Counted from the stretch's first letter, positions 1 to 7,889 are shown. The stretch: DNA of 37,216 bases from Candidatus Iainarchaeum sp. (GCA_043817715.1 JBDRGO010000030.1:1-37216); one strand, 5' to 3'. A program made the numbers and translations. The notes: a model not told the origin generated them from the letters alone.

Positions 1-192
1 AAACAACATCAGCGAAAGAGAACTCAGAAAAATAGTCATCATCAGAAAAATAAGCAACGGCTCCAGAAGCCGAGAAGGCGCAAAAAACACAGCCACGCTC
101 TTATCAATAATCCAAACCCTCAGAAACAACAAACAAAACCTGTTCCAACAACTCCAAAAACTCGCAATCACTTCACAAAGCTAAGTAATTAC
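1..192 (+). mobile_element. Right end of an IS66-family insertion sequence: transposase C-terminal fragment (2..184) plus terminal inverted repeat ending at 192
   Basis: Frame 2 reads NNISERELRKIVIIRKISNGSRSREGAKNTATLLSIIQTLR...QS*, matching the IS66 transposase C-terminal NNxxERxLR..RKxSxGSRS..GA motif. The element ends ...GCTAAGTAATTAC (reverse complement starts GTAA, as in IS66 IRs). Missed by the ORF track because it has no start codon. Confidence 0.85.
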
Positions 193-462
193 CATACAAC
201 TGCAGGAATAACAATCAATGAAGGCGCTGATCCTGATGTGATTTCAGATATTCAAAAAAAATTGAGTGAACTGGTTCCAAAAAATTCAAATTACCTGCAT
301 TCGGAAGGAAACAGCGATGCGCATATTAAAAGCTCTTTAATCGGATGCAGTGAACTTATATTAATTGAAAACAATTCATTGGCTTTAGGAACATGGCAGA
401 AAATTTTTTTTTGCGAATTTGACGGGCCAAGAACAAGAAAAATTTTAATTAAATTAATTTAA
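193..462 (+). pseudogene. yjbQ: 3' part of yjbQ (UPF0047, secondary thiamine-phosphate synthase family), interrupted by IS66
   Basis: In frame from 193: HTTAGITINEGADPDV...HSEGNSDAHIKSSLIG...LGTWQKIFFCEFDGPRTR, all YjbQ motifs. The N-terminus is absent and the IS end abuts the first codon. Confidence 0.88.
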
Positions 463-590
463 AACAAAACAATTTAAATTAATTGAAGGAAAATAAAATT
501 AATGAAAATAATTGAAAGGAAATAAAAAAAATAATTAAAAAAATAAAAATTAATAAAAAAATTTTAATTAAATTAATTGAGGGGAAATAA

Positions 591-851
591 ATGCTGAGTG
601 AATTAATCAGATTGAATGAAATTGAATTGATTGGAATTATCGGAATGCTTTTGATTCTGATTGCATATGGATTGAATCAAACGCATAAATGGAGTCAAGA
701 TGACTTCAAATATGATTTCACGAATTTTTTAGGCGGAGCACTGCTGTTTGTTTATGCCTTCTCGCTTGGAAGCATTCCATTCCTGATTTTGCAGGCGGTT
801 TGGGCATTGGTTTCATTAAGGGACTGCTTTAAGGACATGAAATTAATTTAA
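591..851 (+). CDS. Small ~3-TM membrane protein (CBU_0592-like)
   Basis: Hydrophobic 86 aa with IGIIGMLLILIAY..., NFLGG, W..VSL pattern; GAGGGG RBS upstream. Confidence 0.7.
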   Translation: MLSELIRLNEIELIGIIGMLLILIAYGLNQTHKWSQDDFKYDFTNFLGGALLFVYAFSLGSIPFLILQAVWALVSLRDCFKDMKLI

Positions 852-997
852 AAAACGTTTAACGTTTTTTAAAGCTTTAAATTCCTTTAGGAATTTAAAA
901 TTTAAACTTAGAAAGTTTAAAGCTTTAAATTGCATAGCAACTTAAAATTTAAACACAGTAAGTTTAAAGCTTTAAATTTGCAGAAAGCAAATTTAAA
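850..997. repeat. Array of palindromic hairpins: three copies of TTTAAAGCTTTAAA (868, 916, 963; period 47-48) separated by variable-loop hairpins
   Basis: Read directly: TTTAAATTCC-TTTA-GGAATTTAAA, TTTAAACT-TAGAA-AGTTTAAA, TTTAAATTTGC-AGAAA-GCAAATTTAAA. Lies between convergent genes. Confidence 0.8.
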
Positions 998-1002
998 TTA
1001 AT

Positions 1003-1812
1003 TTAACCAATAATTGAACAAACACGTCCAGTGCATCTTGCCCCTCCGATGCATTTTTTTTCCCTGTATTCTGAATCAGATTTCATGCAGCAGATAAAAG
1101 GGCATTCAGGATTAAGGCATTCATTGTTAACGCAGTCCAAATCATTCAGGCACGGCTTTTTTTCAGTTCCTTCTTCATCACAGCATTCTTTTGTACAGGA
1201 AGGAAGCTTGCAGGAATTATTTGAACAGATTGACGGAGAAATGCATTTTTTTTCAATATAAATTTTTGCTGAACAGCATTCAAAAGGGCACGGCTTTTTT
1301 TCATCTGGAACAAATTCATTTCCTGAATCAGGAACTTCCTGCCTATTAAATGAATTATCTGACTTGGCAGTGATTTTAATTCCACTGCCCTGGTCAAACA
1401 TGCTTAAAACAAAAAAGAATGAAGCAAAAACCAATACAATCAATAATAAAAAAACAGCAATAATTGCCGCTCCGATTAATGCAGAGGAATAATCTTTTTT
1501 CTGCTTTGGAATTTCTTCTTTAATAAATTCTTTTTTTTCTGAAATCTCTTTTTCCACTGGTTTTTCATAACCCTGATTTTCAGGATTTTTTTCTTTTTCA
1601 CTGTTATTTTCTTTTTCCTTTTTCTGGACAATTGAAAAAATTTTTTCCTTTAAAGACCTGACTTTTTCCGGTTCCTCAAGAGGGTCCTTGTGCGCAGGCT
1701 CTTTTTTCTTTTTTTTCAGCTTCATTTCCTCTTCATTTAAAAGGGAAATTTTATCCAGTTCCTCATCAAATTCCACTTCAAGCAGGCCCTGTTCATCAAT
1801 TTCTTCAGGCAT
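1003..1812 (-). CDS. Single-pass membrane protein with charged N-terminus and three C-terminal 6-Cys repeats
   Basis: Start taken at MPEEIDEQ (1812). E/K-rich N-terminus, one long TM helix, then repeats CPFECC..C..C..C, CTKECC.., CPFICC.. Confidence 0.8.
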   Translation of the reverse strand: MPEEIDEQGLLEVEFDEELDKISLLNEEEMKLKKKKKEPAHKDPLEEPEKVRSLKEKIFSIVQKKEKENNSEKEKNPENQGYEKPVEKEISEKKEFIKEEIPKQKKDYSSALIGAAIIAVFLLLIVLVFASFFFVLSMFDQGSGIKITAKSDNSFNRQEVPDSGNEFVPDEKKPCPFECCSAKIYIEKKCISPSICSNNSCKLPSCTKECCDEEGTEKKPCLNDLDCVNNECLNPECPFICCMKSDSEYREKKCIGGARCTGRVCSIIG

Positions 1813-1850
1813 GAAAAAATAAAGGCATTGGAGAATAAAAAATAAACGCT

Positions 1851-1909
1851 TTAAGCCCTGTTGAGCAATAGCGAAACAGTGCACGCATGCCAACTGGGCG
1901 AGACAGTTG
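1851..1909. other. Structured repeated element, copy A (candidate ncRNA or ssDNA element)
   Basis: Shares TTAAGCC, TGCAC[G/A]CATGCCAAC and G[C/T]GAG..GTTG with 15446..15512, with compensatory changes. Confidence 0.55.
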
Positions 1910-1986
1910 TGGTGGGCCCGGAGAGATTTGAACTCTCGACCTCACGATTATCAGTCGTGCGCTCCACCAGACTAAGCTACGGGCCC
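1910..1986 (-). tRNA. tRNA-Ile (GAU), CCA encoded
   Basis: Minus strand GGGCCCGTAGCTTAGTCTGGTGGAGCG-CACGA-CT-GAT-AA-TCGTG-AGGTC-GAGAGTTCAAATCTCTC-CGGGCCCACCA forms a full cloverleaf. Confidence 0.96.
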
Positions 1987-2033
1987 TTTAACAATGTATT
2001 AATTGTTTCAGTGGAAAACTTAAAAAGATTGTG

Positions 2034-2849
2034 TTAACGGCTCTTTGCAGTATTCAACCCATATAATTCAAAAGCATAAGCAATGCCGTAAATTGCAAAC
2101 CAAATGCCTAAAACCATTGAAAGAATTCCTCCCAGAACCGGAAGGAACCCAAGAACAACTGAAATCCCGACAAATACCATTGTCAGGAAAAGAAACCATA
2201 AGGCAAATTTCATATTGAAAAAATATTTGTTTTTAACCATTGAAATTGTTTTAGTGATTGCATTAATTCCTGAAATGTCTTCCATTACCGCGGTAACAGG
2301 CAGGATTAAAAATAAGGGATAAGTCAGAAGGTAAATTAATAGAATTAAAAAAACCAATGCAAGTAATGCAAACAGGAACACTAAACCAGATAAATCCATT
2401 AAAGAAATTAAAACCACAAGTAATGCAAGCAATATTAAGGAAACCACGAACACCAGCATTCCGAATAATTCAACAATTAATGCAGGAAAAAACCTTTGCT
2501 TTATCCGTGAAATGATTTTATTCAATTCAATTTTTCCTTTTTTTGCCTGATTTATTCCTTCAATTAAAAAAACCGAAAAAACAGCGGAAAAGCCCATCAG
2601 AATAGCCAAGAAAATAATAATTCCGATTCCAATCAAAACAAGAAAGCCAATTGAATAATTTGCATAAGGATTTGTTGAAGCAGAAACCACTCCAAGCACA
2701 AGGCCTGTAACAATTAATATAATTAAAGCAATAAGCAAAACAGCAATAAAAGCAAAGGAAACTGCAATGTAAAGCACTGCCAGAATCAATGATTCTTTTT
2801 TAATGCTTAAATCAAGGCATTGCTTTGAAAAATCAATTAAACCAGGCAT
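2034..2849 (-). CDS. Multi-pass membrane protein of unknown function
   Basis: About 6 hydrophobic segments; start taken at MPGLIDF (2849). Confidence 0.75.
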   Translation of the reverse strand: MPGLIDFSKQCLDLSIKKESLILAVLYIAVSFAFIAVLLIALIILIVTGLVLGVVSASTNPYANYSIGFLVLIGIGIIIFLAILMGFSAVFSVFLIEGINQAKKGKIELNKIISRIKQRFFPALIVELFGMLVFVVSLILLALLVVLISLMDLSGLVFLFALLALVFLILLIYLLTYPLFLILPVTAVMEDISGINAITKTISMVKNKYFFNMKFALWFLFLTMVFVGISVVLGFLPVLGGILSMVLGIWFAIYGIAYAFELYGLNTAKSR

Positions 2850-2954
2850 ATTAATCAATTAAAATAACTGCATTTAAGTTAAAAAAGTTATTGAATTCGC
2901 ACCGGAAATCTACTGCCAAAAACATTCTTAAACTAAAATAACTTGCTTAAAGAC

Positions 2955-3875
2955 ATGGGTTTAGAACTAAATGTTTTTGATATTGAAAAAGACTGGCTTG
3001 ACAAAAACCTCTTTATTGGGGGAATTAAAGAAGAATTAAAAGAATTAATTGATTATCTAGGCAAAACAAAAAAAGCCTCAGAAATCACAAGGGTTTCTTA
3101 TGATTGTATAAAAGAAGCTCTTTTAGGAAGAGCCCCAATTAACCTCAAAAAATTAAGTATTATATTAAATTCCGTTCCAGAAGGGCTAAAAGAAAAAACA
3201 ATTCAAAAAATTAAAAATAAAAAAACCAGTTATTCGGTTCAAAAAAGCAACAAGAAAATATTTTTTCCTGCAGCATTAAACGAAAATTTGGCTTATATTA
3301 TAGGAGTCATTTTAGGGGATGGGCATTTACATTCTAATAAAAATAACAAAAAAGGAAATTGGACTATTTGCGTTTATTTTGACAACTATTGCCACATGAA
3401 AAAATATAATAAAATTATAAAAAATGAGATTGGAATTAAAGCAAAAATCAATAAAGAAAAGAACTGTTTCAATTGCTATTTTTGTTCAAAAGCAATTCAT
3501 TGGTTTTTTATGTCCTTTTTTAAATTAGTTAATGGAGCTAAATTTGATAAAATAATAATACCAAAAAGAATTATTGATTCAAAAAACCGAAAAATAATTA
3601 ATTCCTGCATACAGGGCTTGTTTGATTCAGATGGAACAGTAACAAAAAGATATGCGGGATTTTCAAGCACCAGCAAAAAAATAGTTAATCAAGTGCATTT
3701 GATTCTGGAAAAACAAGGAATAAGCCCAAAGAAACATAAGTGGCTCAAAAACAAGAAATATAAAATGCTTTATTCTACAAGAATCGGAAACAAAGAAGGA
3801 ATTAAAAAATTCCAGAAAAAAATCGGTTTCAGGCATCCGGTAAAAAAGGAAAGGTTAAATACCTTACTTAACTAA
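2955..3875 (+). CDS. Free-standing double-motif LAGLIDADG endonuclease-like protein with putative N-terminal HTH
   Basis: Motifs LAYIIGVILGDG and CIQGLFDSDG, intervening GAK..IIIP lysine block, C-terminal F..KIGF.HP.K. No HINT/intein splicing residues. ATG at 2955 (TTG alternative at 2943). Confidence 0.88.
   Translation: MGLELNVFDIEKDWLDKNLFIGGIKEELKELIDYLGKTKKASEITRVSYDCIKEALLGRAPINLKKLSIILNSVPEGLKEKTIQKIKNKKTSYSVQKSNKKIFFPAALNENLAYIIGVILGDGHLHSNKNNKKGNWTICVYFDNYCHMKKYNKIIKNEIGIKAKINKEKNCFNCYFCSKAIHWFFMSFFKLVNGAKFDKIIIPKRIIDSKNRKIINSCIQGLFDSDGTVTKRYAGFSSTSKKIVNQVHLILEKQGISPKKHKWLKNKKYKMLYSTRIGNKEGIKKFQKKIGFRHPVKKERLNTLLN
3849..3864 (+). promoter_or_regulatory. Putative BRE/TATA promoter of tRNA-Gln, embedded in the LAGLIDADG 3' end
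   Basis: GAAAGGTTAAATACC: purine-rich BRE plus TTAAATA about 27-33 nt before the tRNA 5' end. Confidence 0.5.
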
Positions 3876-3887
3876 AAAATTAACGAT

Positions 3888-4012
3888 AGCCCCATCGTCT
3901 AGCGGTCAAAGGAAGTAAGAGGCCCTCTTTATTTTAAGAGCAAATCTTCTTCCTGCCGAAAGGATACGAGCCTCTGGAGCTTGTGGCCGGAGTTCGAATC
4001 TCCGTGGGGCTA
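3888..4012 (+). tRNA. tRNA-Gln (CUG) with 52-nt non-canonical D-loop intron (3909..3960)
   Basis: Exons 3888-3908 and 3961-4012 join into a cloverleaf: acceptor AGCCCCA/TGGGGCT (A1-U72), anticodon arm CGAGC-CT-CTG-GA-GCTTG. Junctions form a bulge-helix-bulge: CGGT/GCCG helix, bulges CAA and AAA, intron stem AGGAAG/CTTCCT. Confidence 0.92.
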
Positions 4013-4121
4013 TCAATTCTTTTTAATTAAGCCCTGTAGCCGGTTTTTCAAAAATTTGATAATTTTTTGCATAAGGTTTTTATTTGTCTTGTTTCTTTGT
4101 TTTAGTTATACTGGTGGGCAA

Positions 4122-5396
4122 ATGGTTGAAATTTATCCGTTTAAAGGAATTTATTATAATAAGGAAAAAATCAGGAATTTTGATGAAGTTGTTTCTCCTC
4201 CATATGATGTTGTAACTAAAGAAGAACGCAATGCTTTTTGGGCAAAGCATCAGAATAATGCAATGCATTTGATTTTAGGGGAAGAAATTCAGGAAAATAA
4301 GGAAAAAAATTTGTATGCTGAAGCAGGAAAAAAATTCAATGAATGGATTGAAAAAGGAATTCTGTTAAGGGAAAAAAAGCCTGTTTTATATGTTTATTCA
4401 CAGGAATTCAAAACCAAAACAGGCGAAATAAAAAAAAGAAAAGGATTAATTGCATTGGTTAAGCTTGAGGAATTTGAAAAAGGAATTATTTTAGGGCATG
4501 AAAGGACTTTAACCGGCCCGAAAGAGGACAGATTGAATTTAATGCGTGAAATTAAGGGAAATCTTTCATCAATTTTTACTTTATATTCTGATCCAACTAA
4601 AACAACGCAGAAAATAATTGAGAAATACAGTTTAATGCAGCCTTTTTTTGAGGCAAAAGACCATGAAGGAATTTTAAATAAGGCATGGAGAATAACTGAT
4701 GAAAATGAAATTAAGAAAATTCAAAATGCTTTAAGCGAAAGAAAATTATTTATTGCCGACGGGCATCACCGATATGAAACTGCCTTGAATTATTTTAAGG
4801 AAAATCCTGAAGCAGACAAATTTCTCACAGTAATGATTGATACAAATGATTCAGGATTAGTTATTTTTCCGACTCATCGGGTAATTTATGGAATTAAAGA
4901 ATTTGAGTTAAATGAATTAATTGAAAAAATAAAGGAATTTTTTGAAGTTAATGAAATTAATTCAAAAGAAGAAAAAGAAATAGTTAATGCATTAAATGAA
5001 AATAAGGACAGGCATTGTTTTGCATTGTATTCTGAAGGAAAAACTTTTTTATTGAAATTAAAGGAAAAATTAAACTTAACGGATTTAATGCCGGAAATTA
5101 AATTAAAAAGCTTAAGGGAATTGGATGTCAGTTTATTGCATGAACTTATTCTGAATAAATGCATGGGAATTTCAAAGGAAATGATTGCAAAAAAAGAGCA
5201 TATTGATTACATTAAGGATGTAACCAAAACAATTGAAGCAGTTGATTTAAAAAAATTCCAAATTGGTTTTTTAATGAATGCAACCAAAATGTCACAGGTT
5301 GAAGAAGTTTGTTTAGCAGGGGAAAGAATGCCTCAAAAATCAACTTATTTTTATCCGAAAATCTTAACCGGAGTAATATTCAATAAAATTGAATGA
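4122..5396 (+). CDS. DUF1015 family protein (ParB/Srx-like)
   Basis: V.PPYDV, HERTL..PKEDRL.L, IADGHHRYETA, PTHR, MPQKSTYFYPK motifs. Start MVEIYPF at 4122; the track's longer start overlaps the tRNA. Confidence 0.9.
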   Translation: MVEIYPFKGIYYNKEKIRNFDEVVSPPYDVVTKEERNAFWAKHQNNAMHLILGEEIQENKEKNLYAEAGKKFNEWIEKGILLREKKPVLYVYSQEFKTKTGEIKKRKGLIALVKLEEFEKGIILGHERTLTGPKEDRLNLMREIKGNLSSIFTLYSDPTKTTQKIIEKYSLMQPFFEAKDHEGILNKAWRITDENEIKKIQNALSERKLFIADGHHRYETALNYFKENPEADKFLTVMIDTNDSGLVIFPTHRVIYGIKEFELNELIEKIKEFFEVNEINSKEEKEIVNALNENKDRHCFALYSEGKTFLLKLKEKLNLTDLMPEIKLKSLRELDVSLLHELILNKCMGISKEMIAKKEHIDYIKDVTKTIEAVDLKKFQIGFLMNATKMSQVEEVCLAGERMPQKSTYFYPKILTGVIFNKIE

Positions 5397-5406
5397 GGAA
5401 CCAAAA

Positions 5407-6480
5407 ATGAATGAAAGAATTAAATTATTTATTCCCGGGCCAATAGAAGTAATGGATGATGCATTAATGGCCCAGACAAAGCCAATGATCGGACACAGAA
5501 GCAAAGAATTTGAAGCATTATATGCTGATATTCAGCCGAAATTACGGCAATTGCTTTACACCAAAAACAGAATTTATGTTGCGCCATGCACTGGCTCAGG
5601 CTGGTGGGAAGGAGTTGCAAGAAATTGCTGTGAAAAAAAAGCATTAGCATGCGTTTTGGGCGCATTCAGCGATAAATGGAGCAAAGTAATCAAATCAAAC
5701 GGAAAAGAAATGGATAAATACGAGGTTCCGATGGGAAAACATAATCTTCCGGAAGAAATAAGAAAAAGGCTTTCAACAAGAGAATATGATTTGCTTGCAT
5801 TGGTTCATAATGAAACATCAACAGGAGTAATGAATCCAATAAATGAAATTTCTGAAGTAATGAAAGATTTTCCTGAAGTGATTTTTGCAGTTGATGCTGT
5901 TTCTTCAATGAGCGGAGTTAAAATTGAGGCAGACAAATTAGGAATTGATATTTTATTGGCTTCAAGCCAGAAAGCATTTGGATTGCCTCCCGGGCTTTCC
6001 GTCTGCATGGCAAGCGATAAGGCACTTGAAAAATCCAAAAAAATGAAAGCAAAAGGATATTATTTTGATTTTGAGGAATGGGAAAAAAGCCATTTAAAAA
6101 ACCAGACTCCAATGACTTCAGGAATTTCCTTAATGCATGGATTGCAGCATCAGTTGAATAAATTTTTCAAGGAAGGCTTGGAAAAAAGATTTCGAAGGCA
6201 TATTGAAATGGCTGAATTCACCCAAACATGGGGCAAAAAGAATTTTGATTTGTTTGCAGAGCCAGGATTTGAATCAATTACCTTAACAACAATCACAAAC
6301 ACAAAAGGAATAAATGTTGCCGGCTTAAACAAAGAGCTTGAAGAAAAATACAAAATGACTTTATCAAACGGATATGGAGATTTAAAGGAAAAAACTTTCA
6401 GGATAGCGCATATGGGAGATTACACTGTTAAAGACATAAAGGAATTAACTGATGCAATTGAAGAAATATTAAAGTTATGA
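5407..6480 (+). CDS. Class V PLP aminotransferase (serine-pyruvate/phosphoserine aminotransferase-like)
   Basis: LFIPGP, IGHRS, VHNETSTG, DAVSS, SSQKAFGLPPG (PLP lysine), FRIAHMG. Confidence 0.92.
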   Translation: MNERIKLFIPGPIEVMDDALMAQTKPMIGHRSKEFEALYADIQPKLRQLLYTKNRIYVAPCTGSGWWEGVARNCCEKKALACVLGAFSDKWSKVIKSNGKEMDKYEVPMGKHNLPEEIRKRLSTREYDLLALVHNETSTGVMNPINEISEVMKDFPEVIFAVDAVSSMSGVKIEADKLGIDILLASSQKAFGLPPGLSVCMASDKALEKSKKMKAKGYYFDFEEWEKSHLKNQTPMTSGISLMHGLQHQLNKFFKEGLEKRFRRHIEMAEFTQTWGKKNFDLFAEPGFESITLTTITNTKGINVAGLNKELEEKYKMTLSNGYGDLKEKTFRIAHMGDYTVKDIKELTDAIEEILKL

Positions 6481-6546
6481 AAAAAATAATTAGGAATATA
6501 AGTAAATGAAGATAAAACCATAAAAATTAATTATGAAGGTGAATGA

Positions 6547-7461
6547 ATGAAGATATTGATTTCAGATAAAATTGCAGCAAAAGGAGTCCAGTATCTGAAA
6601 GAACAGGGGTTTGAAGTCGAAGAAAGCTTTGATTTAAGTGAAGAAAAATTATGCGAAAAAATAAATGAATTTGACGCATTAATTGTAAGAAGCGCAACAA
6701 AAGCAACAAGAAAAGTAATTGAGGCAGGAGAAAAATTAAAAGTAATCGGCAGGGCAGGGGCAGGAACCGACAACATTGACAAAGAAGCGGCAAAAGAAAA
6801 AGGAATCAAGGTATTGAATACGCCTACTGGAAATTCTTTAAGCGTTGCAGAGCATGCATTGGGATTGACTCTTGCATTATTAAGGCATATTCCTGAAGGA
6901 ACCATGAGTTTACGCGAAGGAAGATGGGAAAAAAACAGGTTAAACGGCAGGGAATTAACAGGCAAAACAGTTGCAATAATCGGCGGAGGAAACATCGGGT
7001 CAAGGCTTGCAAAATTATTAATTCCATTCAAAACAAATACATTAATTGTTGATCCTTTTGAACTGCCAAAAGAAAAATTAAATGAATTGAATGCTTCACA
7101 GGTTTCATTAAATGAAGCGCTGGAAAAAGCGGAAATAATTTCAGTTCATGTGCCTTTAATGAATGAAACAAAAAACATGTTTTCAGAAAAAGAATTTTCC
7201 AAAATGAACGGAACTTACTTAATCAATGCCGCAAGAGGAGGCATTGTGAATGAAAAGGATTTATTGAATGCACTGAATTCAGGAAAAGTTGCAGGGGCCG
7301 CACTGGATGTGTTTGAATCAGAACCTAATCCAAATCCGGAATTATTGCAGAATAAAAAAATAATTTTCACTCCGCATATTGCTTCGGCAACAAAGGAAGC
7401 GCAGGACAGGTGCGGGGAAGAAATCGCGGAATTTGTTTCAAAAGCACTTAAAAAAGAATAA
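6547..7461 (+). CDS. serA: D-3-phosphoglycerate dehydrogenase-like (short form, no ACT domain)
   Basis: IVRSATK, GRAGAGTDNID, SVAEH, GGGNIG, INAARGGIV, ALDVF..EP, TPHIAS. Confidence 0.88.
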   Translation: MKILISDKIAAKGVQYLKEQGFEVEESFDLSEEKLCEKINEFDALIVRSATKATRKVIEAGEKLKVIGRAGAGTDNIDKEAAKEKGIKVLNTPTGNSLSVAEHALGLTLALLRHIPEGTMSLREGRWEKNRLNGRELTGKTVAIIGGGNIGSRLAKLLIPFKTNTLIVDPFELPKEKLNELNASQVSLNEALEKAEIISVHVPLMNETKNMFSEKEFSKMNGTYLINAARGGIVNEKDLLNALNSGKVAGAALDVFESEPNPNPELLQNKKIIFTPHIASATKEAQDRCGEEIAEFVSKALKKE

Positions 7462-7543
7462 AACCAGTGATTTAAAAAAAACCAGTTTTTCGATACTTTT
7501 TTATTTAATAATACTTTATTCATTTAAGCAATAAGTGATAAAA

Positions 7544-7756
7544 ATGGGAATAACTGATTTTGTCGGCGGATTTTTCGGAAAAAAAGAAAAGGATAAAACT
7601 GAAGAAACAAAAAAAGAACCAGAAACTGAATCCAAGTATTCAGAAAGAGAATGCGCTTTATGCGGAGGGCTTGAAGCAGACAAAAAATGGGCAGGGCAGT
7701 ACTGGCACAAGAAATGCATGAGGTCGAGCAAGAAGGCTGCACGAAAAATGGTCTGA
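7544..7756 (+). CDS. Small putative zinc-binding protein
   Basis: CALC...WHKKC ligand pattern; GTGAT RBS-like sequence before the ATG at 7544. Confidence 0.7.
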   Translation: MGITDFVGGFFGKKEKDKTEETKKEPETESKYSERECALCGGLEADKKWAGQYWHKKCMRSSKKAARKMV

Positions 7757-7889
7757 TTTTGCACTGGAAGCCTGCCCCTCCAAAACCAAATATAAAGGGA
7801 AAAAACTATTCTTTTTCCAAAGAAAAACAATTATCTTTAAATAACCTTCAATGCTAATTAAATAAGTTCAATTATTGGGCGGGAATTAC

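Noticed and set aside
850-997. Mini-CRISPR array
   Set aside because: The constant part is only 14-16 bp, and the intervening segments are mutually similar hairpins rather than unique spacers.
1851-1909. HDV-like (theta) or pistol ribozyme
   Set aside because: Position after a tRNA and GCA-stem-GGCTTAA resemble HDV P4/J4-2, but there is no G1 and no P1/P2 partners. TTAAGCCC resembles pistol, but the upstream P1 and TAAAT are missing.
2943-3875. Intein or intron-encoded endonuclease
   Set aside because: No HINT blocks, no host exteins, and no upstream tRNA/rRNA exon found.
4027-4037. Third copy of the structured element (TTAAGCCCTGT, identical to 1851-1861)
   Set aside because: Only 11 bp match; the TGCAC.CATGCCAAC core and terminal hairpin are absent.
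3981-4121. N-terminal extensions in the ORF track (also 1813-1893 and 30678-30773)
   Set aside because: They overlap tRNA-Gln, the structured element or intergenic DNA; family-typical starts lie downstream.
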